Source: an uncultured Oligoflexus sp. (lineage in GTDB: Bacteria; Bdellovibrionota_B; Oligoflexia; Oligoflexales; Oligoflexaceae). From it: DNA of 43,219 bases. The stretch spans positions 1 to 43,219 of the forward strand of contig CAXSGP010000013.1 in NCBI GenBank assembly GCA_964236955.1, written 5' to 3'. Shown here in pieces: positions 29,225-38,122 of this stretch. A program made the position numbers and the translations under genes. The notes under the pieces were generated by a model, which worked only from the letters and a program-made list of their open reading frames with translations, did no database searches and had not been told where the DNA came from. Each line of letters begins with the position of its first letter. The stretch's first letter is position 1.

Positions 29225-31491
29225 GATGCGGTCCGCCCTTCGCTTGGAATGTCTGAACTCATTTTAGGTGCTAGATGCAGAGCTCGATCGAGGTCTATCA
29301 ATGGAATATATTTCTCTTCAAAACGCCGGAAGCCCAAAATCCCGGAGCCATCATCGGGGGCCCCATCGTTGTGGGATTCCACGACGTCGAGGCTGCAGAC
29401 GGCGAGGATGCGGTCAACGCCAAAGGCCCTTTTGCCGTCGGAGGTTACGACAAAGGTATGATTGTCACCGGCATCGGTATACCCCGTGAGATCGAAGATC
29501 GGTATCAGCTCGCCACGGACGGCGATATATCTCTTGTGGGTATCGGCGTTGCCCATGAGATTTTCGCAGCGAATGTTTTGGAGTATCTCCCGAACCGTCA
29601 TGAGGGAGGTGGCAAAGACGTGGCCGCTTTGCTCCATGATGAGATAGCGCAGATCGCTCTCTTCAAATTTCGATTGTATCGCCGGGGTTTGGGCGGCAAC
29701 GCTGGCTGTCCCGCGGTGAATATTCTCAAAATGACGCGAGGCCAGGGCCAAAAGATTAAGCACCACACAGGGATTGCCATCCCCTAAAATCGTGCCTCCC
29801 GAATAGCCGGGGATATTTGCGATCGCCGTGGGCAGCCCTCGTACCGTTACAAGCTGCTGCCCCGCTAGACTTTCCACACGAAAGGCAAGCAGGCTTTCCC
29901 CGCTGCGCACCAGAATCGCGGGCTGCATCGTGGCATTTCCGGACGGCGAGGAGTGGGGTGACGATGGCGGATGAAGGTCTGGGGGTAAATGCGCTGCCAG
30001 GTCTTCTAAAGGAATGACGCTACTGCGGAGCCTCAAGAGGCGGTTGCCACCTGGCATCATCTGAAGGTCGACCTCATTAAGGTCGATTATTTCGGCAACA
30101 TCCTGCAGTGGCAAAGCATAAAGATTTGAACCCGCATTGACGAGCAGGGCATCGACGATAGATAGCGTCGCGGGCAGGGAAATGCTAAAGGTCGTCCCCT
30201 TGCCAAAGACACTGCTAAGCTGAATGCTGCCGCCGATGTTTTCCACCGAGGTCTTGACGACATCCATTCCAACGCCGCGTCCTGAAACATCTGTTAGCTT
30301 TTCGGCTGTCGACAATCCCGCATGAAAGATGAGCCGATGAATATCACTTTCAGCCATTTGGGTCGAGGCCGATATGAGGCCTCGCTCAATCGCTTTAGTC
30401 CTTATGCGCTCGGTATTCAGACCACGGCCATCGTCGATGATCCTGATAAGGACACCGCTTGCTGCCGGCGTGGCTTCCAATTGTATCGTGGCAAAGGCTT
30501 CTTTGCCGGCATTCAAGCGGTCGTCACTCCGTTCAACCCCATGATCGATGGCGTTTCTGACGACATGGGTGAGGGCATCCGCGATGCGTTCGGCGACTGA
30601 TCTATCGAGCTCGACCTCATCGCCCTTAAGGACGACGTTGATACGCTTGTCCTGGCTGCGGGCTAAATCGCGGATGGTTCGTTCCAGACGCTGAAAAAGA
30701 CCCTGCAGGGGTTGCAATCTGAGGGAAAGGGAAAGACCCTGCAAATCCTTGGCGATTTTTTGAATAAGATGGATGGCATTATCGCAGTTTTCCGAATCAA
30801 GCGATCCGAGCTGCCGTCCATGCCAGACGATGGCTTGCTGAGTGGCGAGTTCGCCGACTAACTCGATAAGATTGTCGAGTTTATTCGCTGCCACTCGAAT
30901 CGTTTCCTGCGGCTTTGCAGCCGGCGCTGAAGGCGAGGCGGTCTGGGCCTTTTTTTCAGGTGATGGGTCGCCTGCTTTGGAGCTTAAGGCTTCGCTGGCC
31001 GATGGCGATGTGTCCTCGCGTATGCTGCCGGGCTGAGTCGCATGGGGCTCTGTAGCTTCAGAAGGAAGGTCAACCGATTCCGGGAGCGCCGCCCCATTTT
31101 TAGGCCCGGTGGTCCTGTTCCCTAGAAACGGCACCAGACCAGTCTGAATCGCCGCAAGCTCAGAGACAGGCACGGTCCCATCACCTGACTTAAGTCTTTC
31201 AACCCAGGCGACAAGCGTCGATTGAGTGTCGAGAAAAATTCGGATGATGGCCGCATCAATCGCACCCTCTTGACCCATGACTACGGAAATAAGATCTTCC
31301 ACGGCATGAACCAGATGGTGAAACTCGTCAAGACCAACCGCTCCGCTGCCGCTCTTCAAATTGTGGGCCGCACGGTAGAGTTCGTCTTTTGTTTCGGCGC
31401 TGCTGTCCTGCTCAAGACGCAGGGATATCTTCTCCCACTCAACCAGGATATCGACCGCTTCATCGAGAAAAAAACCCAAGAACTCGTTCAT
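29221..31491 (-). CDS. cheA: Chemotaxis kinase CheA with an extra C-terminal CheW-like domain
   Basis: Hpt RAAHNLKS, HVVRNAIDHG, DDGRG, SGRGVGMDVV, CheW domain, then a second CheW-like segment (VREIL..VRGELIPIFDL). Confidence 0.93.
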   Translation of the reverse strand: MNEFLGFFLDEAVDILVEWEKISLRLEQDSSAETKDELYRAAHNLKSGSGAVGLDEFHHLVHAVEDLISVVMGQEGAIDAAIIRIFLDTQSTLVAWVERLKSGDGTVPVSELAAIQTGLVPFLGNRTTGPKNGAALPESVDLPSEATEPHATQPGSIREDTSPSASEALSSKAGDPSPEKKAQTASPSAPAAKPQETIRVAANKLDNLIELVGELATQQAIVWHGRQLGSLDSENCDNAIHLIQKIAKDLQGLSLSLRLQPLQGLFQRLERTIRDLARSQDKRINVVLKGDEVELDRSVAERIADALTHVVRNAIDHGVERSDDRLNAGKEAFATIQLEATPAASGVLIRIIDDGRGLNTERIRTKAIERGLISASTQMAESDIHRLIFHAGLSTAEKLTDVSGRGVGMDVVKTSVENIGGSIQLSSVFGKGTTFSISLPATLSIVDALLVNAGSNLYALPLQDVAEIIDLNEVDLQMMPGGNRLLRLRSSVIPLEDLAAHLPPDLHPPSSPHSSPSGNATMQPAILVRSGESLLAFRVESLAGQQLVTVRGLPTAIANIPGYSGGTILGDGNPCVVLNLLALASRHFENIHRGTASVAAQTPAIQSKFEESDLRYLIMEQSGHVFATSLMTVREILQNIRCENLMGNADTHKRYIAVRGELIPIFDLTGYTDAGDNHTFVVTSDGKRAFGVDRILAVCSLDVVESHNDGAPDDGSGILGFRRFEEKYIPLIDLDRALHLAPKMSSDIPSEGRTAS

Positions 31492-31519
31492 GCCGTTTTT
31501 CCGCTAAATCTTTGACGTG

Positions 31520-31942
31520 CTAGGAAGCTTTAGCCAGTCTTTTTTCGTAGATCTGCTTGATATTGCCGCCGAGGGTGTTGACCGTGAACGGCTTGACAAT
31601 ATAGCCGTCAACGCCTTCGGTCAGGGCTTCCACAACATTTTTCTTCTCAGCTTCCGCAGTCAGCATGAGGAAGGGAACTTTTTTACCCCAGGTCGAAGCG
31701 CGAACCGCACGAAGGAGTTCGATGCCCTTCATCTTGGGCATGTTCCAGTCACAGATGATAAAACCGAAGGGCTCACCCGCGCCGGCTGCCTGCTCAAGGG
31801 CCTTGAGGGCGGCGGCACCATCGTTGGCTTCAACCAGATTGGTATAGAGGAGCACATTGAGCGCCTGACGAACCATTTGCCGAAACATATTCATATCATC
31901 GACTATAAGGATCTTGGTCTTTGGAGGGAGACTTGTCGTCAT
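31520..31942 (-). CDS. cheY: CheY-like response regulator
   Basis: ILIVDD, CDWNMP, MLTAE, YIVKPF. Confidence 0.9.
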   Translation of the reverse strand: MTTSLPPKTKILIVDDMNMFRQMVRQALNVLLYTNLVEANDGAAALKALEQAAGAGEPFGFIICDWNMPKMKGIELLRAVRASTWGKKVPFLMLTAEAEKKNVVEALTEGVDGYIVKPFTVNTLGGNIKQIYEKRLAKAS

Positions 31943-32212
31943 AAGCAGTCCTCGATTTGATAAAGAAAATCATCCATCGCCTCACCCATTTTATCAAAGG
32001 GAAGGAGGTCTGTAAGGGGGAGGCGTAGGCACATATTTCCGAACCGATAGCAGATTCGGGCAAGCAAATTGCGCCTACTCGTCGTTACCAACGGAGATTT
32101 TGGAAGTTCAAAGACAAGAGCGGCTCGAGGGAAACGCGGGAGTGGGGTGACGGACCCAGAAAAATGCCGGAATAAGGGTCCCGGGCAAACCCCGCTATCT
32201 CATTCATGCTTT

Positions 32213-32632
32213 CTAGCAGAAAAATTGAAGAATTTGTCTCTGTCGCTCTTCTATCGCTTCATTGATCACGGCTACGATTTCTGATTTAGGTGCTGGGCCC
32301 TTTAGAACCTTCATGACTCCGACTTTGAGGGCTTCATCGCGGGTTCTGGAATTGATGTGGTTCGAGCAAATGACGAAGGGAACATTAAACATCAGCTCTT
32401 TCGTTCTTAGAAAAAGTTCAAGACCATCCATCCCGGGAATACCGAAATCGGATAAAATAGCCGTAATTTTTGTGCTGCGCAGAATCTCCAGCGCTTCGAA
32501 TCCGTCCGAAACCATGATAACCGTCACGTCCAGATCGGCAAGAATCGGCGTAAATCGCTGGCGCAATTGACCGTGGCCAGTGACCAGCAGGATTATCGTC
32601 TCATCACTCGCCGACAACTCAAGATCATTCAT
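32213..32632 (-). CDS. Single-domain response regulator with atypical acidic pocket
   Basis: LSDFGIPGMDG retained, but LLVTG replaces the usual DD. Confidence 0.8.
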   Translation of the reverse strand: MNDLELSASDETIILLVTGHGQLRQRFTPILADLDVTVIMVSDGFEALEILRSTKITAILSDFGIPGMDGLELFLRTKELMFNVPFVICSNHINSRTRDEALKVGVMKVLKGPAPKSEIVAVINEAIEERQRQILQFFC

Positions 32633-32637
32633 TGTGA

Positions 32638-34779
32638 TTATCCTTTCTTAATAGCCGCTCGTTGCATGAATCGTATATTCTCCTTCATCATCTTCGTCAC
32701 TTGGGGCGGGTGCTCGAGGCATTGATAGAGCATGAAACAGCAACGTTCGCCGGGCCGGCTCAGCATCGCCGAGGCTACTGCCTGATTGCGCCCCAGCTTG
32801 GCCTCATGCTCTTCGGCCGCACCCGCACTCGTCTCCGGTTCACCCTCTTTTTTCAGAGGCTCGGTACCAAGCGGGGACGACGAACTTTCTTTGAACTGAA
32901 TGATGGTTCCGGTCGCCTGCGCTTGCTTGACTCTTTTAAGCAGATGCACGGCCTTGGCCTGCACCCTCGATTCGACAATGCCCAGTTCCATGAGAATTTC
33001 CTTGGCGGGCGGAATATCATTGGCGCGCAGGTGGGCGAGGGCCAAATTAAATTGGACCGCCGACAGGAGATCGGCGCGTTCGTCGGGAATGGCCTTCATT
33101 GTCTTTCGGTACTGTAAAATACCCTCTTCCACCTTGCCGCAGCGTGCCATCGCCACGGCAAGATTATTCATATAGGAGACGATATGCTCAGCGTGCTTGA
33201 GCTGACCCATGAGCGCCCGGGCTTCCTCAGAATCGGCATTGATAGCGATCTTGACTTTGGTCTCCTTGACTTTCTCACTGCCCGGATCGAGTTCGTCGAC
33301 CATCTCCAAAATCTGATCGGCCTTGGCCGTATCCCCGAGGTCCGAGTGAATCACAGCAATCTGGCAAAGACGCCCCAGATTTAAGGGGGCAAGGGCTTGG
33401 GCTTTCTCAAAGCACTTGAGGGCCGTGACGATATCGCGAAGCTGCATCATCGTCTTGCCAAGAAGGTTGAGGACAAAGATCGACTCACCTGAATTCTTGA
33501 GCGAACCAAAGGCAAGCTCGCGGGCTTTTTCATAATCGGCTTCAAAATACGATAGCTCTGCCTCCATGAGCAGCTTGGAACCCTGAGTAACACCAGCACT
33601 GGTCATAAAGCGCTGCATAATCGATTTCGCCTCGGGCAGATTTTTCGCTTCCAGAGCCTGGCGGAATTTTCTCTCGAGGGTTTTTTTCTCGGTGGGTGCC
33701 CGATCCTGCTGTATCGTCCAGATGATGTTCTTGATGATTTCAACGCGCGAGGTCGGCTTGGTCATGATACAGGCGATGCCCATCTCCCTGAGGAACTGGG
33801 CATCGTTGGATTCGATTAAACTCGTATACAAAATGAAGGGCGCGGTCTGCCCCCCTTCATCCTTGGCTTTTTGCAGAAAGATTGGCCCTGTGACGACGGG
33901 AATCTTCCATTCCTGAATGACCAGGTCATTATCGCCATTGGCCTTCAGATAGTCGAGGGCTGATCGCCCATCGCTGAAAACCTGAACCTTCTCAACGCCC
34001 ATCTCTTTCAAAGCTGAAGAGAGGTCCTTTTGCACAGCGGCATCACTCTCGACTATAACTGCAGACTTCAAATTCAGGATATTTATTGCAGCACCTGCCG
34101 CACTCGGCGCAACGTTACTGAGGTGCGCGGCGTAGATCTGCTTCACCTGCTTTTCCAGGCTTGGGTCCAGTCTTTGGACCTGGGTAAGTAAAGCCGTCGC
34201 TTCTTCAACCTTTTTCGTCTTGATCAACGGCAGGGCCAGGTTCAAAAGCTGCTGCAGATTGCCCGGCTGGTTCACGGTCAGCTGGCGTTCAAAATTCAAT
34301 AGCTCATTAAAATTACCGGTCTCGCTTAAGGATTTGCGCAGATAGGAGGCTGAAAGGTTGAGGGATTTCCAAGCCATTCCCTCGAAATCATTGAGAAAAT
34401 TATCCAATTCATACTTAAGCTTTTCTTTATTGAAAGGCTTCATGTGATAGCTGAGCAGTCCCAGTTCAAAGGCCACGGGCAGCAGGCTCATCTCCATGTC
34501 ATCAACAAAAGCGGAAACCTTGAGGCTTAACAGCTGGGGCGTCCGGCAAATCAAACTCAAAAGCTGAAAAAGATTGGTTTCCTGATCGGCAAAGATGGAA
34601 CTGATAACCCAACTTACCGGCTCACTCTCAAGGATAGCCAGCGCTTCCTTGATGCTTGGCACCGCCTGAACATCGGTGAAGCCTTTATCCCTGAGGAGTT
34701 CGGTTATGAGTGAACGTGAGGTCCCGTTAGCTTCCACGGCGATGACTTTGTGTTTGCGGTCGCGAATATTACTGCCCAC
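32638..34779 (-). CDS. Protein with two degenerate receiver domains and TPR repeats
   Basis: REC1 (VIAVE..VISS..MKPF), REC2 (VIVESD..VIQEW..TKP), TPR helices (LNLLGK..A..CFEKA; YMNNLAVA); likely GTG start at 34779, ORF open to 34812. Confidence 0.82.
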   Translation of the reverse strand: MGSNIRDRKHKVIAVEANGTSRSLITELLRDKGFTDVQAVPSIKEALAILESEPVSWVISSIFADQETNLFQLLSLICRTPQLLSLKVSAFVDDMEMSLLPVAFELGLLSYHMKPFNKEKLKYELDNFLNDFEGMAWKSLNLSASYLRKSLSETGNFNELLNFERQLTVNQPGNLQQLLNLALPLIKTKKVEEATALLTQVQRLDPSLEKQVKQIYAAHLSNVAPSAAGAAINILNLKSAVIVESDAAVQKDLSSALKEMGVEKVQVFSDGRSALDYLKANGDNDLVIQEWKIPVVTGPIFLQKAKDEGGQTAPFILYTSLIESNDAQFLREMGIACIMTKPTSRVEIIKNIIWTIQQDRAPTEKKTLERKFRQALEAKNLPEAKSIMQRFMTSAGVTQGSKLLMEAELSYFEADYEKARELAFGSLKNSGESIFVLNLLGKTMMQLRDIVTALKCFEKAQALAPLNLGRLCQIAVIHSDLGDTAKADQILEMVDELDPGSEKVKETKVKIAINADSEEARALMGQLKHAEHIVSYMNNLAVAMARCGKVEEGILQYRKTMKAIPDERADLLSAVQFNLALAHLRANDIPPAKEILMELGIVESRVQAKAVHLLKRVKQAQATGTIIQFKESSSSPLGTEPLKKEGEPETSAGAAEEHEAKLGRNQAVASAMLSRPGERCCFMLYQCLEHPPQVTKMMKENIRFMQRAAIKKG

Positions 34780-34833
34780 GTTTTTTCCAATTATAAAAAA
34801 GTAGATACACAATGAGCGGCTGGTCCGAGACCC

Positions 34834-35250
34834 TTAGCGTTTCCAAGTCTTCCGCAATTCCTCAATGGAATCACGGCAGGCCCTATTCAGAACTCGGCAA
34901 ATAGAGTCTGGATTATGCATTCCATCCGCATATTCTTCCAGGACCACGCAGAGAGCCGCTAAGCGGTTTACGCCTATATTTCCCGACAATCCTTTTAGAT
35001 GATGGGAAATCTTTGCTACCAATACCACGTCTTTGCCTTTTATCGCGCTTTCAAGAGAGGCAAGAACCAACGGCGCTTCGCTTATGAAAGTATCGATAAG
35101 GTCGTCAAGAAATGGAACCGAATCCCCGGGACGCTCAAGTCCCTTTAAAACTGCGAGAACTTCACTGTCAAGAACAGCAACTTTGTTCGCTTTTCCAAAG
35201 GCGTCTTTCATGCGACTCTTCGGCTCTCTATCGCTTAGCTTTAGGCCCAT
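34834..35250 (-). CDS. Hpt phosphotransfer protein
   Basis: LIDTF..SHHLKGLSGNIG..LCVVLE. Confidence 0.88.
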   Translation of the reverse strand: MGLKLSDREPKSRMKDAFGKANKVAVLDSEVLAVLKGLERPGDSVPFLDDLIDTFISEAPLVLASLESAIKGKDVVLVAKISHHLKGLSGNIGVNRLAALCVVLEEYADGMHNPDSICRVLNRACRDSIEELRKTWKR

Positions 35251-35389
35251 CTCAGGAGCTCCACGTGATAGTAACGTTTGTCCGTTTCCTAAGCGATGGA
35301 GTGAGGGGTCCCTGGTCGATAAAAAGTGGTCTTGCTAAAACATGATAGGATCGCTCTTACACTATCAATGTTAAGACAAACTTTTGAGT

Positions 35390-35420
35390 CCCCTCCTGTC
35401 GATTCTATCGGCAGGAGGGG
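35390..35420. other. Strong stem-loop between hpt and the hybrid kinase
   Basis: CCCCTCCTGTCGA-TTCTA-TCGGCAGGAGGGG, a 13-bp stem with one T-G pair. Confidence 0.6.
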
Positions 35421-35554
35421 CGCACGAAGTTTGATATTATTATAAGTTATTGTTATTTATGAATAAATTGTCTAATTCAGAATTGATTTCTTCCCTTTTT
35501 GTCAGAATGCGACAGCTGGAAAATCAGCCCTGATTTATACGAAACAATTTTCGC

Positions 35555-37690
35555 CTAGAGAATGTCGCGGTGTTGCAGCAAGTTTATAATCGCTGAGTGT
35601 AAGGCTTCTCTTTTTATCGGTTTTGCAATGTAAGCATCCATTCCCACCTCAAGACAACGATCATGATCCCGTTGCAATGCACTCGCTGAAAGAGCAACGA
35701 TAGGCAGCTCCTGGTAAGGCTCAGCGCTTTGGCGAATCCATTTCGTGCATTCATAGCCGTCCATATCAGGCATCTGACAATCCATGAAGATAAGGTCAAA
35801 GTGATCTTCGCTGAGGGCTTTGATGACATCAAAGCCATTGCTTACCGCTTGAGCGCGAAAGCCCATGCTGTCGAGGAACTTCAGAATAACCTTACGATTG
35901 ATCATATTGTCGTCAGCTACCAGAATATGAGCTCTTAAATTCGTGGGCAGCGGAGGGATTTCTTTTCTGGCAGTTGATTCATAGTCCTCTTCCTCACCTT
36001 TGCAGAGGGTCAGGGTAAACCAAAATTTGCTGCCCTTGCCGACCTGACTTTCCACATCAATCTGCCCATTCATCCGTTCCACCAGATGTTTGCAAATGGA
36101 AAGTCCGAGGCCTGTGCCTCCAAATCGTCTGGTCGTCGAGCTATCGGCCTGCGAAAAAGCTTTGAAGATTCTATCTTGTCCCGCCTTGGAGATCCCTATG
36201 CCGGTGTCTATGACTTCGAAGTGGAGCTTTTCGGTGTCGTTTTTATCAATTGTTTTCCATATTCTAAGTGATACGGATCCCTGCGAAGTAAATTTAATGG
36301 CGTTTGAAATGAGGTTGGATAGGACCTGGCGCAGGCGGCCGCTATCGCCAAGAATAAAGCGGGGCACATCGCTACCAATGTCGGTATAGATCCTAAGGCC
36401 CTTCGTGCGCGCGGTGTAGAAGAAGCTTTTCTCTGTATCATGTATGAGATCGTATAAATTGAAATTTATGATTTCAAAGTCTAATTTCCCGGCTTCGATC
36501 TTTGAAAAATCCAGGACATTGTCAATCACCGACAGCAGCGCCTCACCGGATATGATGGCGTGATCGACATATTCTCGCAGTTCGCTGTTTAAGGGTGCGT
36601 TGGAGATTAGGTTGATCATACCCATCAGCCCGTTGAGTGGCGTCCGTATTTCATGGCTCATATGGGCTAAAAATTCCGATTTAAGCCTTGAGGCCTCATG
36701 GGCCGACGCTTCCCCGGATTTATGCCTCATTTCCGCTATCTCAGCGAGGCGCCGCTCCGTTATGTCAGTCGACACCGCGACCTGCCCTATAATGTCTCCT
36801 TCGGTATCGCGCATCGGCGAATAATGGGTTTCAAACCAAAGTCCCTTGTCGTGCGTGATTGCCGTCCAACTTTCACCGGCGAGGGCTCGCCTGTGGCTCT
36901 GCAGTTTTTGCTCGATATCGCCACCTGATTCCGTAACATGGCGGCCAACCAGCTCACCTGATTTAAACCCCAGTTTTTCGAGGCATTTGCCTTGGGAAAG
37001 AGTAATCATGCCCTGGCGGTCGGCAGCCCACAGGATGATAGGCGCGAAGTCAAGCACGGTCATGAGGTTCCGTTCCAGACTACGGGATTTTTCCTCGGCT
37101 ATTTTTTGATCGTGAATATCGGTAATCGTGCCGAACCATTGAATGATGACGCCCTGCTCATCGCGCACCGGGAGTGAACGCGCCAGGTGCCAGCGATACT
37201 CGCCTTTCTGATTGCGGAGCCTTAATTCCGCCTGATAGCCTGTCGCCTTTGCTACCGCTTGATTCCAAGCATCGCGGCTGGCTTTCGCATCGAGTGGATG
37301 CAAAACCTTATCCAGTTCGCTCCGCATGGATTGCTCCCTACTCAAACCCGTATATTCAAGCCAACGTTGATTGAAGAATGTCGGCCGGCCTTGACTATTT
37401 GAAGTCCATATCATCTGTGGCACGGCTTCTGAGAGGATGCGCAGTCGGTCCTGGCTTTCCTTGCTGGGCTTTTCCCGGGCCTTTCTTGCCGTAATGTCCG
37501 GGGACCGAGCGACTGCCCCGATAACTCTTGTTATCAATAGGATAAGTGCTATAGAAATGGAGACGAGAGCTACGAAAATCATGGCATCGGCAATAACATT
37601 GATGGAGATCAGCGAGGGAGTCCACAGGGGGCAAGGGCCATCAGGCTTAAACCCTGAGGTATCCATAAATAGAGACAAAAATTCAAACAT
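35555..37690 (-). CDS. Hybrid sensor histidine kinase (TM-PAS-PAS-HisKA-HATPase-REC)
   Basis: PAS/PAC motifs (FNQRW, HPLD, DIHD, DITER); H-box FLAHMSHEIRTP; NAIKFT; GGTGLGL; REC MDCQMP. Confidence 0.93.
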   Translation of the reverse strand: MFEFLSLFMDTSGFKPDGPCPLWTPSLISINVIADAMIFVALVSISIALILLITRVIGAVARSPDITARKAREKPSKESQDRLRILSEAVPQMIWTSNSQGRPTFFNQRWLEYTGLSREQSMRSELDKVLHPLDAKASRDAWNQAVAKATGYQAELRLRNQKGEYRWHLARSLPVRDEQGVIIQWFGTITDIHDQKIAEEKSRSLERNLMTVLDFAPIILWAADRQGMITLSQGKCLEKLGFKSGELVGRHVTESGGDIEQKLQSHRRALAGESWTAITHDKGLWFETHYSPMRDTEGDIIGQVAVSTDITERRLAEIAEMRHKSGEASAHEASRLKSEFLAHMSHEIRTPLNGLMGMINLISNAPLNSELREYVDHAIISGEALLSVIDNVLDFSKIEAGKLDFEIINFNLYDLIHDTEKSFFYTARTKGLRIYTDIGSDVPRFILGDSGRLRQVLSNLISNAIKFTSQGSVSLRIWKTIDKNDTEKLHFEVIDTGIGISKAGQDRIFKAFSQADSSTTRRFGGTGLGLSICKHLVERMNGQIDVESQVGKGSKFWFTLTLCKGEEEDYESTARKEIPPLPTNLRAHILVADDNMINRKVILKFLDSMGFRAQAVSNGFDVIKALSEDHFDLIFMDCQMPDMDGYECTKWIRQSAEPYQELPIVALSASALQRDHDRCLEVGMDAYIAKPIKREALHSAIINLLQHRDIL

Positions 37691-37818
37691 GCTCTTTACA
37701 ACCTTTGCAGGGAATCTCAGATTCCAAATAGCTTTTGAAATAATTTATATTGGGAATTGATAAGCTGCACTTAGAAAAATAAAAACTTTTTGGCATTCTT
37801 TGTCTATAGAGTTAGCCA

Positions 37819-37938
37819 GTGTCTGTCCGGAAATGGGGAGGGCAAGGCGCGAGGCCGAAAAAAAGCGGAGTTTATTCCCATAAATGAGCATTTTTTTCTG
37901 CCGATGAAACGCAGCCATCGCCATTTCCGGACTGACAC
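37819..37938. mobile_element. 120-bp MITE-like palindromic element, copy 1
   Basis: Terminal inverted repeats GTGTCTGTCCGGAAATGG / CCATTTCCGGACTGACAC (18 bp, 1 mismatch); no transposase. Confidence 0.7.
37881..37907 (+). promoter_or_regulatory. sigma28-like promoter in element copy 1
   Basis: TAAA-N15-GCCGATGA versus consensus TAAA-N15-GCCGATAA. Confidence 0.5.
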
Positions 37939-37944
37939 CAGCCA

Positions 37945-38064
37945 GTGTCTGTCCGGAAATGGGGAGGGCAAGGCGCGAGGCCGAAAAAAAGCGGAGTTTA
38001 TTCCCATAAATGAGCATTTTTTTCTGCCGATGAAACGCAGCCATCGCCATTTCCGGACTGACAC
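37945..38064. mobile_element. 120-bp MITE-like palindromic element, copy 2 (identical to copy 1)
   Basis: Exact repeat at a 126-bp period; flanking hexamers TAGCCA / CAGCCA / TAGCTA. Confidence 0.7.
38007..38033 (+). promoter_or_regulatory. sigma28-like promoter in element copy 2
   Basis: TAAA-N15-GCCGATGA, about 90 nt upstream of the OmpR-type regulator. Confidence 0.5.
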
Positions 38065-38122
38065 TAGCTAAGTCCCCGAGTCAACGCGTACCGATCCTGT
38101 GAAAAACGGAGACGATATTAAT

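Noticed and set aside
37745..38071. Three ORFs with duplicated peptides, or a possible CRISPR array
   Set aside because: They are translations of the 126-bp tandem repeat; the internal sequences are identical, so there are no unique spacers, and no cas genes are present
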